IMG/VR virus record: IMGVR_UViG_3300037139_000049
Coordinates: 1 to 54,241 of that record
Length of the DNA: 54,241 bases
Reading direction: 5' to 3' (one strand)
Source: a virus
Lineage: Duplodnaviria > Caudoviricetes
The notes beneath the pieces are model-generated. The model was not told where the DNA came from. It made no database searches and worked only from the letters and a program-made list of their open reading frames with translations. Both the position numbers and the translations under genes were made by a program. Within the stretch, counting starts at the first letter, position 1, and each line of letters begins with the position of its first letter. This document shows positions 1 through 9,000 of this stretch, piece by piece.

Positions 1-121
1 GTTGCCGCCCGCGAGCTGCTTGACCGTGGCTACGGTAGGCCGACGCAGACGACAGAGCTTAGAATGCTGACGTTGGATCTATTCGACCAAGCGATCCAGG
101 ACCTGGAAACGCAACTTGCCG
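1..121. repeat. Duplicate of the contig start/terminal overlap (identical to 222-342 and 54115-54235); probable assembly artefact
   Basis: Direct sequence identity of gttgccgcccgcgag...caacttgccg at the three positions. Confidence 0.9.
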
Positions 122-221
122 AGCGATGACCCGCGGCTCGATAGACGACAACGCGATCAACCTGTCCGAGGAGGCCCTGGTCGAGCTGCACCGCCGCTAT
201 GACGGTACACGGCTGGGCAGG
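122..221. repeat. Exact 100-bp copy of terminase sequence 1044-1143; probable gap-fill/scaffolding artefact
   Basis: agcgatgacccgcggctcg...cggctgggcagg is identical at both loci and is exactly 100 bp long. Confidence 0.85.
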
Positions 222-336
222 GTTGCCGCCCGCGAGCTGCTTGACCGTGGCTACGGTAGGCCGACGCAGACGACAGAGCTTAGAATGCTGACGTTGGATC
301 TATTCGACCAAGCGATCCAGGACCTGGAAACGCAAC

Positions 337-1236
337 TTGCCGCCAACGATTCAGATCGACCCAGCCGTACCGCCGGAGAAGATTCGGCGCTACCGGCAGC
401 TACGCGCACAGCTTGAGGAGCACGAAGCACGCGGGCATTGGTTCTGCAAGAGGCCCGACTGTGACGGCCAGCCGCACGCCGGCTACCACTGGTGTGAGCA
501 TCCGCTAGGCGGTGAGCATGAGCCCGAGTGCAGGCACGCTCGAGCGGCACAGCGGCCACCGTGGCTCGATGGACTATCTGCCGCTCGCTACTGGATCGTC
601 ATGGCTGGGCGGGCGTGGGGCAAGACGCGCACGGGTGCCGAGTGGCTGGCGTATGAAGCGAGGACGCACCCGGCCCGCGACTTCGGTGTCATCGGCCGGA
701 CGATCGAACAGACCCGCGAGGTGTGCATGGAGGGCGAATCGGGGTTGCTGAGAGCCCTTGGGCTGAGCATCATCAGCAAGGAGTACAACCGCACGACGCA
801 GGAGATCAAACTGGCCAACGGCGCGACGATTTACGCCTACACGGCCGAGAATCCCGATTCGATGCGCGGGCCGAACCTCTCGGGGGCCTGGTGCGATGAG
901 CTTGCAACCTGGCACTACGAACAGGCGTGGCACGAGGGCCTGATCCCGGCCACGAGGATCGGCAACCCCCGCATCGTCATCACGACTACACCGAGGCGTA
1001 CCAAGCTCCTGAAAGCCCTTGTCGAGCGAGACGACGGCACGGTAGCGATGACCCGCGGCTCGATAGACGACAACGCGATCAACCTGTCCGAGGAGGCCCT
1101 GGTCGAGCTGCACCGCCGCTATGACGGTACACGGCTGGGCAGGCAGGAACTGGGCGGCGAGTTCTTGGAGGACGTGCCGGGCGCGCTGTGGACGGCCAGC
1201 GTGATCGAGCAGACACGGGGCGTGCTCATCGACTAG
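337..1236 (+). CDS. Terminase large subunit, N-terminal ATPase half
   Basis: Walker A-like AGRAWGKT, RGPNLSGAWCDE Walker B, ITTTP motif III, RLGRQELGGEFLEDVPGALW; stops before the nuclease domain. Confidence 0.92.
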   Translation: MPPTIQIDPAVPPEKIRRYRQLRAQLEEHEARGHWFCKRPDCDGQPHAGYHWCEHPLGGEHEPECRHARAAQRPPWLDGLSAARYWIVMAGRAWGKTRTGAEWLAYEARTHPARDFGVIGRTIEQTREVCMEGESGLLRALGLSIISKEYNRTTQEIKLANGATIYAYTAENPDSMRGPNLSGAWCDELATWHYEQAWHEGLIPATRIGNPRIVITTTPRRTKLLKALVERDDGTVAMTRGSIDDNAINLSEEALVELHRRYDGTRLGRQELGGEFLEDVPGALWTASVIEQTRGVLID

Positions 1237-1265
1237 GCGGCCTCGATCGAGCCTATGTAGTCCTC

Positions 1266-1281
1266 TATAGTGCTATATACT
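1266..1281 (+). promoter_or_regulatory. -10 element TATACT overlapped by palindrome TATAG-tg-CTATA (candidate RHH operator), leaderless start 7 nt downstream
   Basis: Sequence tatagtgctatatact, then GTG at 1289. Confidence 0.6.
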
Positions 1282-1288
1282 CTCGCCG

Positions 1289-1426
1289 GTGGCGCTCAAG
1301 ACCATCTCGCTCCAACTCGACGAGGCTCTGCTCAAGCGGCTCGATGAGGTTCGTGGCGGGGTGCCTCGGCAGAAGTGGGTGGCGTGGGCGATTGAGGCTC
1401 TACTGCGACGAGAGGACGACAAGTGA
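1289..1426 (+). CDS. Ribbon-helix-helix (CopG/Arc-like) DNA-binding protein, 45 aa (absent from the ORF track)
   Basis: Hand translation MALKTISLQLDEALLKRLDEVRGGVPRQKWVAWAIEALLRREDDK; alternating beta strand then two helices; GTGA overlap with the next gene. Confidence 0.7.
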   Translation: MALKTISLQLDEALLKRLDEVRGGVPRQKWVAWAIEALLRREDDK

Positions 1427-1725
1427 ACACGCTCTATCGGTTCTTCGACCACGAGGGGCGGCTGCTCTACGTCGGGAAGACCACGAACATCGCGGGACGA
1501 CTTGCCACGCATCGCTCGGAGAAGGCGTGGTGGACGGAGGTCGCGGCGATCGAAGTCGAGCACTACGCTTGCGAGCGGCATCTCAACCGGGCCGAGCGAA
1601 ACGCGATCATCGCCGAGCGCCCGCTCTACAACGTGACGCACAACCCGGCCCCGCCGACTAGTGCGGGAGTGCCACCGGTTGCGCCTCGGCCGATCGCAAG
1701 CGAGCCAGCGGTGGCAGTGGCATGA
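1423..1725 (+). CDS. GIY-YIG family endonuclease
   Basis: TLYRFF...LLYVGKT...RLATH...AE..AI..ERPLYN motifs. Confidence 0.85.
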   Translation: MNTLYRFFDHEGRLLYVGKTTNIAGRLATHRSEKAWWTEVAAIEVEHYACERHLNRAERNAIIAERPLYNVTHNPAPPTSAGVPPVAPRPIASEPAVAVA

Positions 1726-1779
1726 TGAGCGAGGTCACTAGGGCGCTCACCGCTCGCCGAACGCAAGTAGACTGCTCGT

Positions 1780-2460
1780 GTGAACGTCAGTCGCTCCGAA
1801 CTGTCGCGGATCGTAGTAGCGATTGACCCCGCCGGATCGGCGAATGAGGACTCAGACGACACCGGCATCATCGTCGTGGCCAAGGGTCCGCACCGCGTCG
1901 AGGAGCAAGCCGAGGTCAAATGCCAGTACCCCGACTGCGGCGGCCACGGCTACGTGCTCGATGACCGCACCTGCCACCTGCTGCCGCACGAATGGGCAGC
2001 AGTAGCGCTTGACGCCTACGACTACTGGAAAGCGGATCGTGTCGTGGCCGAGCGCAACTTCGGCGCGGACATGGTCGAGAACACGGTCAGGGCCGTGCGT
2101 CGTGGTGTGCCCTTTACGGCCGAGTGGGCATCGCGTGGCAAGCGGGTACGTGCCGAGCCCGTTGCTGCGCTGTACGAGCAGGGCCGCATCCACCATCTCG
2201 GCATCTTCGAGGAGCTCGAGCAGGAGCAGCAGACGTGGACACCGGACGAGCGCTGGTCGCCTAACCGCCTCGACGCGCTGGTGTGGGGCTTGACGAACCT
2301 CGGCCTGATCAAGGGCGGCCCTGGTGCCCTGCTTACCGCTAAGGGCGAAGTCCCCCGCAACACGGTTAGCCAACGGGAACGGGAGCTGAACGGTGGTAGG
2401 GACTCGCGGCAACTGCCGCCGCACCTGCGACGGCTGGCGAGGAACTCGGGACTGCGATGA
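1780..2460 (+). CDS. Terminase large subunit, C-terminal nuclease half
   Basis: RIVVAIDP...DDTGIIV, VVAERNFGADMV, GKRVRAEPVAALYEQG, SPNRLDALVW; preceded by TAGACT-6nt-GTG. Confidence 0.92.
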   Translation: MNVSRSELSRIVVAIDPAGSANEDSDDTGIIVVAKGPHRVEEQAEVKCQYPDCGGHGYVLDDRTCHLLPHEWAAVALDAYDYWKADRVVAERNFGADMVENTVRAVRRGVPFTAEWASRGKRVRAEPVAALYEQGRIHHLGIFEELEQEQQTWTPDERWSPNRLDALVWGLTNLGLIKGGPGALLTAKGEVPRNTVSQRERELNGGRDSRQLPPHLRRLARNSGLR

Positions 2461-2720
2461 GTGTTTCACGTGAAACACAGGTCGAGCGCAGCGAGCAGGA
2501 TGTGGCCTGGGATGTGCGCGGGCGATGGGCGGCGCACAAGCGAGTCGTGCTGACGTTGAGCGATCGTTGCATGGTTCAGCGTGTCGAGGGTGTGATTGAG
2601 TATGTGGCCGTCACGGGCGCCTACTGCATCGTCGACGGTTGGCATATTCCGATGATCGATGTGGTCGGGGTTGCCGCGCCGCACTTCCATCAGCGACCCG
2701 ATATGCGGCTGGTCAAGTAG
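2457..2720 (+). CDS. Hypothetical protein
   Basis: ATGA overlap with the terminase half; 87 aa. Confidence 0.65.
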   Translation: MSVSRETQVERSEQDVAWDVRGRWAAHKRVVLTLSDRCMVQRVEGVIEYVAVTGAYCIVDGWHIPMIDVVGVAAPHFHQRPDMRLVK

Positions 2721-2875
2721 ATGCGTCTCGAGGCCGCAGACCCCGCCGACGACGGCCCACGGCCAATACTTGCGCGGGCGCGTATCCTCAACGACGGTAC
2801 GATGTTCACGATCCACTACTGGCCGCACAGGGCAGCCTGCGTCGGCTCCAAACCGAATCACGGAGGCCAAGACGT

Positions 2876-3529
2876 ATGAGCGCAGGTACAGCCATCACAG
2901 ACAACGCTGAGAAGCTTCTAGGCATCCTTGGTGCGGCACCCGCCACCGATGCGGTAGCCGGAACGCTGGTGCAGACCTCGGGGAACAACGCCTCGCCCGC
3001 TAGGACGTCACTCGCGTGGCCCTGCCTCGGTGTGCCGACGAACACGGCAGCGCAAGCGGCGGAAGTCGGGAACTTCGTCGCGGTGCCGGTAGCGATCGGC
3101 GACGTGTTCAAAACGGTCGGAGTGCTCGGCGGCTCGGCCGCGGCGGGAACGGTCGCGGAATACATCGTGGCGCTGTACGCGGGCAAAACGGCTGGTGTGC
3201 TGCTCGCTCAGAGCAAATCCGCAACGCCCGGCTCGCACCCGAAGGAAGAGTTCTACGAATCGACGCTAGAAAAAGCAGTCACGATCACCGCGGCCAACGC
3301 TCCTGCCGGCTACATCTGGGTGCAGGTCTCGGCCGGTGCGGCGGGCACGATGTTCAGCTTCTACTCGTCCACGTACACGACGGCAGGGCAGGAAATCGCA
3401 GGCAAGCTCGGCAAATCAGCGCCACCGTACCTGAGTGCTAAAGGCGGCGCGGCGATCAAAACGGCTGCGGAAGCGGTCCTGCCGACGCTCTCCTCGATCG
3501 CCAACGTCCCGATCGTCGCACTCTTCTGA
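2876..3529 (+). CDS. Putative virion surface/decoration protein (paralog of 3531-4310)
   Basis: GGAGG SD then ATG 2876; beta-rich, Ala/Thr/Gly-rich; shares motifs GDxFxxVG, ALYxG, LLAxS, TITAxNAPxG[YF]I with the next gene. Confidence 0.6.
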   Translation: MSAGTAITDNAEKLLGILGAAPATDAVAGTLVQTSGNNASPARTSLAWPCLGVPTNTAAQAAEVGNFVAVPVAIGDVFKTVGVLGGSAAAGTVAEYIVALYAGKTAGVLLAQSKSATPGSHPKEEFYESTLEKAVTITAANAPAGYIWVQVSAGAAGTMFSFYSSTYTTAGQEIAGKLGKSAPPYLSAKGGAAIKTAAEAVLPTLSSIANVPIVALF

Positions 3530-3530
3530 C

Positions 3531-4310
3531 ATGGCGATCACACTGACAGAACGGATCTTGGATCTGGCGTACTCGGGGCTGGATATGACCGAAATCGCCC
3601 AGCTCACGGGTGCCAGCCAAGCCACCATCCAAGCTGCACTACAGAACCTCTCGGCCACACCCTCGACGCAGAAGGGCGTCGGTGGCGCGCAGGAAGCCAA
3701 CCCGGTGTCGCTGCTGTACGGCAATATGCGTCAGGTTCTCAACCCGGCACGGGCCGCACGATCGAACATGGAGTATCTCGGGCTCTCGGGAGCCAAAGAC
3801 GAAGCGACCGGGGCGGCCACGAAATACGGTGTCTCGGTGCCGATCGGCGTCAAGGCTGGCGACATCTTCTCGAAGGTGGGCCTGTTCGTCGGGGAAACCG
3901 CGTTCTCGGCTATCACACACCAGCAGGCGGCGCTGTACGAAGGTATCGGAGGTGCTGGGGCCAAACCGCTCCTGCTTGCCAACTCCGCCGATGCGACCTC
4001 GACGGCGATGCCGGCGAACACGATCACGTTCTGGACACTGGCGGCCCCGCTGACGATCACGGCAACCAATGCGCCCAACGGGTTCATCTACGCGAACTAC
4101 GTGGTGGTTGGGACGGTCGGCACAGCCCTGATCGCCCCGGCAGAAGTCAAGTTGGCGGTGATTGCCAAAGGCGGCGAGGCGGGTGCGGTATCTCCGCTGT
4201 TCATCGCGGCGTCGAACAAACCGGCCTCGGAAGAAGGCGAAAAACCCGAAGCGAAACTTGAAACGACGCTGACGGCCATCGCCAAAGCGCCGTTCATGAT
4301 CCTGGCCTAG
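3531..4310 (+). CDS. Putative virion surface/decoration protein with N-terminal HTH-like segment
   Basis: ATG 3531; paralogous C-terminal domain; N-term GLDMTEIAQLTGASQATI. Confidence 0.6.
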   Translation: MAITLTERILDLAYSGLDMTEIAQLTGASQATIQAALQNLSATPSTQKGVGGAQEANPVSLLYGNMRQVLNPARAARSNMEYLGLSGAKDEATGAATKYGVSVPIGVKAGDIFSKVGLFVGETAFSAITHQQAALYEGIGGAGAKPLLLANSADATSTAMPANTITFWTLAAPLTITATNAPNGFIYANYVVVGTVGTALIAPAEVKLAVIAKGGEAGAVSPLFIAASNKPASEEGEKPEAKLETTLTAIAKAPFMILA

Positions 4311-4313
4311 CTG

Positions 4314-4631
4314 ATGGAGCTGCTGAGGCGCGATCTGTTCCCGATGGAGCTGTCGTTTTCCGATGGCCGAGTGGTCAAGGAAGCCCGCGTGTTCATCACG
4401 ACCTACCGCCTGCTGGCCTGGACGATTGAGAACTCAACGATCCAGGTGGTGGCCGACATCGAGCTAACCGAGTCGGTAGAGGCCAACAGGGGCACGCTGC
4501 CGGGCTCTCTGGCGGTTGAGACAACTGAGGGCACGGTGTACGTCAACAAGGGGCGTGGGTGCGGGTGTCATAGCCCTCTCAAGGGCCTGTCGGCTCCGGT
4601 GCCGTGGACGAGGCAGGCGGTGGCGGTGTGA
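4314..4631 (+). CDS. Hypothetical protein (C-terminal GCGC motif)
   Basis: Closely packed ORF with KGRGCGCHSPLK. Confidence 0.7.
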   Translation: MELLRRDLFPMELSFSDGRVVKEARVFITTYRLLAWTIENSTIQVVADIELTESVEANRGTLPGSLAVETTEGTVYVNKGRGCGCHSPLKGLSAPVPWTRQAVAV

Positions 4632-4798
4632 GGTGGCTTGTGTTCTCTGCGATGTGTGGCGGACTACTTGTGGGGATGGGTATTGGTTGGCTGGAGTCGT
4701 CAGCGGCAGGATGGCTCATCGTGACCTCCGTCGTCGGTGGTCTAGTGATTCTTGGGCTGGACTACTTCGTGGCCGATCGTTTCGGGAGTGGGCGATGA
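4628..4798 (+). CDS. Small membrane protein
   Basis: GTGA overlap; two hydrophobic segments. Confidence 0.55.
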   Translation: MRWLVFSAMCGGLLVGMGIGWLESSAAGWLIVTSVVGGLVILGLDYFVADRFGSGR

Positions 4799-4956
4799 GC
4801 AAAGCAACGCGCCGCACAGCCCGCAAGCAGGACATGGCACGGGTCGCTGACCGCCAGCTCCGGGCCGAGCTGGACAAGATCCGCAAACTGAAGGGGTTCA
4901 GGCCAGCTTCGGTTGGCGACATGCTCGACGCGGTTGGCAGACGAAAGGCGCGCTGA
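4795..4956 (+). CDS. Small basic hypothetical protein
   Basis: ATGA overlaps at both ends; MSKATRRTARKQ... Confidence 0.55.
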   Translation: MSKATRRTARKQDMARVADRQLRAELDKIRKLKGFRPASVGDMLDAVGRRKAR

Positions 4957-5300
4957 TGGCACTTACGTCGATCACGATTACGGCAACCGAGACGGCCCCC
5001 TCGGGCGGTGAAGCGACGGGCACGATCACCGCGACCCTCTCGGAGCAGATTCAGAACGCCACGACGACCATCGAGCCGGAGCCGATCCTCGGGGAACTCG
5101 TCGGCGGCAAACTCCTGAACCAAGCCCACAAAGCCTTCACGCTGTACGCCAACGATGATGCGGCGACTAGCCCGGCTGGCACCTACTACTCGTTCGTGGT
5201 GCAGGTGGCCGGCGCTCCGGTCAGGGAGTTCACGGCGATCATCAAACACACGGCAGCTGAAGGCAAGGTGGACATCACGGAATTGGAGACGCCGATATGA
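4956..5300 (+). CDS. Putative virion structural protein (resembles N-terminal domain of actinophage tail/baseplate proteins)
   Basis: LYANDD...PAGTYY.F......F......VDITEL pattern; Thr-rich beta composition. Confidence 0.55.
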   Translation: MALTSITITATETAPSGGEATGTITATLSEQIQNATTTIEPEPILGELVGGKLLNQAHKAFTLYANDDAATSPAGTYYSFVVQVAGAPVREFTAIIKHTAAEGKVDITELETPI

Positions 5301-5545
5301 GCGCGAATGGCCAGCAGCAGGCACCGCCGCCAAGGCAGATCATGGAGTTGCCGCCGCCGTTCAATCACTTCGAGATCCAGGCGCACCCCGATCCGAACAT
5401 GGTCCTGTTGGTCATCGTGGACAGGACGAAAAACGAACTGCACTCCTATCCGATGGCGCGAAAGTATGCGGAGGAGCTTGGCCGTGAACTGACGGCGCCG
5501 AGCATCGAGGTTGCCAGCGTCATCCCGCCGAACGGCAAGGCGTAG
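5297..5545 (+). CDS. Hypothetical protein
   Basis: GGAG SD, ATGA overlap. Confidence 0.6.
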   Translation: MSANGQQQAPPPRQIMELPPPFNHFEIQAHPDPNMVLLVIVDRTKNELHSYPMARKYAEELGRELTAPSIEVASVIPPNGKA

Positions 5546-5546
5546 T

Positions 5547-5813
5547 GTGCTCACGCATTCGTGGTGGTGGTTGGCCGTGGACGGACTGGCCGTCTATCGC
5601 CTGGCGGTTCTCATCGGCAAGGACATGATCGCCGAGCCGATCCGGCAAAGGGTCGGCACTCGGATGCTCGCCTTCATCACCTGCCCTTGGTGCATTGGCC
5701 TTTGGTTCGCAGCGGCGGCAGTCATTCTCACCCGCTTCTGGCCGCAGGGCTGGCAGTATGTGGCTATGGCCCTTGCTCTCTCTGCTGTTGCAGGATTCTT
5801 GGGGGAGCGATGA
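5547..5813 (+). CDS. DUF1360-like membrane protein
   Basis: LAVYRLAVLIGKD.I.EPIR...ITCPWC.GLW motif; typical position upstream of actinophage portals. Confidence 0.7.
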   Translation: MLTHSWWWLAVDGLAVYRLAVLIGKDMIAEPIRQRVGTRMLAFITCPWCIGLWFAAAAVILTRFWPQGWQYVAMALALSAVAGFLGER

Positions 5814-6028
5814 CGTACAGTAATGTCGCTGAGCAGCGTTGCGGAAGGCACTTTGCTCGCCACGATGGCTGGGCCTCGCTTCGACTTGACGGTGTGCTGG
5901 TGGGCGACATACGCAGGTGTGATCCATACAGCTGGCAGGCGCGGCTCTTGGATGGCACGATCATGCCACGGCTGTACTGGCGGCGGTTGGAAGCGGCCGA
6001 GGACCTACACGCACGCACGGCTCGCTGA
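5810..6028 (+). CDS. Hypothetical protein
   Basis: Fills the gap with overlapping start/stop at both ends. Confidence 0.5.
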   Translation: MTYSNVAEQRCGRHFARHDGWASLRLDGVLVGDIRRCDPYSWQARLLDGTIMPRLYWRRLEAAEDLHARTAR

Positions 6029-9000
6029 TGCCCCTCTTCCGCAAACAGCGCACAGCCAAGCACGGCCTACGTGTCCTCGCCGCCTCATCGCTCCGGCTGA
6101 ACCTCGAAGACAAGACGGAGGCCAAGCGGCTGCGAGCGCTGCGGCAGGGCTGGCAGTGCGCGGACGCGGAGACGGAGATCTTGACGACGCGAGGTTGGCT
6201 GGGCTATGGCGAGCTGGCCGTGGGTGATATGGCGCTGACGCTCAATCACGAGACCGGCGAGTCCGAATGGCAGCCGGTTGAAGCGGTCAACACCTACGAA
6301 GTCGAGGACGCCGAGATGATCAGCATGGAGGGTCGGTTGCATTCCTCGCTGACCACGACCGGGCACAAGTGGCCCGTGCTGGACAGGCAGAGCGAGTGGA
6401 CATCGGCCGATACTGCCCGCCGACGCGAAAGGCGGCACGGTCTTGAGCCGCAGACCGTACTGGCCGATAGAGCGCCTGCCACGATGGCGCGGCGTATGGT
6501 GTGTTCGGATGCCCTGACGAGCAGGCAGAGTCTTGTGACCGCCGCTCCATGCGTGGACCTACCGCAAGGGGAAGTTCACGACGATGCATTTGTCGAGCTG
6601 GTCGCTTGGTTCTGGACCGAGGGCTATCAGCGACCGACTGGCTACACCGCAATCACGCAGTCCGAGCGCGTAAATCCCGAGTGCGTGAAGCGTATCCGAG
6701 CGGCGCTTACTGAGACGTTCGGGCCAGCGCATGGGACGACAAGGGGCTTGACGCGACCGGCGTGGCGTGAGTCGCGCGATGGCGATTGTGTGGTGTTCGC
6801 ACTCAACCGCTTCGCTGGGCGTCGGCTCATGGCCGTGGCACCTTGCAAGATCGTGGATAGTGGATTCATTCGCTCGCTGACGTTGGCGCAGCTTGAGCTA
6901 TTCGTGCAGACCTCCATTGATGCCGACGGGCACCGCGACGATGGCACGAACGTGGTTCTCACACAGGCGAAGCGAGAGCGTATTGAGCCGCTGATCTTGG
7001 CGGCGATCCTAACTGGGCGCACCCCGCATCTCTACCCGAGACGCAATGGGCAATGGACCGTGCATCTCCGCGACAAGGCAACCGTCTCCCCAGTAGGCGC
7101 GTCGAAGACCGAATGGACCAACCGTGCCAAGGTTGTCCGCAAGCGCTACACAGGCACGGTCTGGTGCCCGACGCTGCCGAACCACACTTGGCTGGCACGA
7201 CGCAATGGCACCGTCTATTACACGGGCAACTCGGATGCGTGGAACTACCGCGACTCGATCGGCGAGCTTCGGTATGCGATCAACTTCCTCGCCAACTCGG
7301 CTGCCCGGATGCGTCTGTTCGTCGGCGTTGAGCCGATGCCAGGCGAAGAGGAGAAGAAGCCGCTCCAACTCTCGGAGTCAAGCGGCATCCCGGCCGAGGT
7401 CGCAACGGAGGCCAGCCTGGCGCTTGCAGACCTGGCCGCCAACGAAGGCACGCGCCGCACGATCATGAAGATGCTCTCGACGAACGTCTCAACGGCCGGC
7501 GAGTGCTTCGTGCTGGGCCGCGTTGATCCCGAGACGAGCGAGGAGACCTGGACGATCCGTTCGCTTGACGAGCTGGCGTTCCAGAACGACGAGTATGAGC
7601 TGCGCGAGATCCCCGATGGCCCGCAGGGGATCATCCCGTGGGTCAAGCTCGATCCGAAGTTGACAACCGCTTCGCGTGTTTGGTTACCGCACCCGCGTTT
7701 CAGCCTGCTGGCGGATTCCTCGATGCGGGCGATGCTGGCCGACAACGAGAGCCTGCTCATCATGCGCCGGATGATCCGCTCAGACTCACGCTCACGGCTC
7801 GGCAGGGGCCTGCTACTGATCCCCGACGAGCTGTCGATCAAGGTCCCCGAGGACGACAACGAAGACCCCGAGGCGGATCCGTTCATGGGCGCGTTGACGC
7901 AGGCGATGATGGAGCCGATCTCAGACGAGGGAGTGGCGAGTGCTGTCGTGCCGATTGTGATTCGCGGGCCTGCGGAGGCGATGAAAGAGCTTCGCAAGAT
8001 CGACCTCCACCAGCCCTATGAAAAGGAGGCGGCGGAAACGCGCGAGGAGCTGATCGGCATCATCGCCACGAGCTTCGACTTGCCCAAGGAGGTGATCATG
8101 GGCACGACCGATCTCAACCACTGGTCGGCGTGGAACGTCGACGACAACACCTTCCGCCACCACATCGAGCCCCATGTCATCGACCTTTGCGATGCGCTGA
8201 CCGGCGGCTACTTCCACCCACGCCTGTTGGCGAACGGCGTGCCGCCCGAGTACGTCAACCGGCTCGTGATCTGGTATGACCCGACGGAGCTCGTTACGCA
8301 TCCCGACCAGACCTCGGACGCGCTGAAGCTGCACGAAAACCTCGTGCTGTCCGATGCGGCGCTGTTGCGGATCGCGGGCTTCTCCGAGGAAGACGCACCA
8401 ACGAAGCAGGAGATCCAGGTGCGGCTGTTGGAGAAGATGCGCCAGTGGCCACCGAACCTCGTGATGGCGTTCTTGCACGCTTGGGACCCCACTCTGACCG
8501 CTCCGGCGATGGCTGGGCCTCCTGCGATCCCTGGCATCTCACCGAAGGGCGTCGAGACTGCACAGGAGCCGGAAGCGATCTTGCCCGGTCGTCCGGGTGC
8601 GCCGCAGATACCAGCCGAGACGAACGGCACGGCTCCCGTTAGTGAAGCCGAGCAGCCACAGATCGGGCCACCCGCCGAACCCATCACTGCTGCTGGCAAC
8701 CCCGAGACAGACCGTCTCAGCCGCAAGTTGGCGCAGATAGACCGGGACCTACGCACAAGGCTTCAGACGGCCGCCAATGCCGCGATGCGCCGCCAGCTTG
8801 AGCGTGTCGGGGCGAACCTCAGAACGAAAGTCGCCAAGGATGAGACGATGCGAACGAAGATCGCGCACCGGCCGAACGAGCGAGTCTCGGCGATCCTCGG
8901 GAAGCAGGCCCTCACCGCGGCTCATATCAGCCCGGAAGACTTGATGGGCAACGACTGGTCTGCCCTCAGAGCGCAGTTCTATGACTGGACGGAGGCCGCG

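Noticed and set aside
126-416. 96-aa ORF in the ORF track
   Set aside because: Chimera of a terL fragment and the small terminase C-terminus created by the duplicated contig start
1237-1779. Group I intron in terL
   Set aside because: The interval is almost fully occupied by two ORFs and promoters; no P3/P7-type core recognisable
2806-2815. CACGATCCAC shared with 33327-33336
   Set aside because: A 10-mer match in a 54-kb high-GC genome can arise by chance; flanks are unrelated
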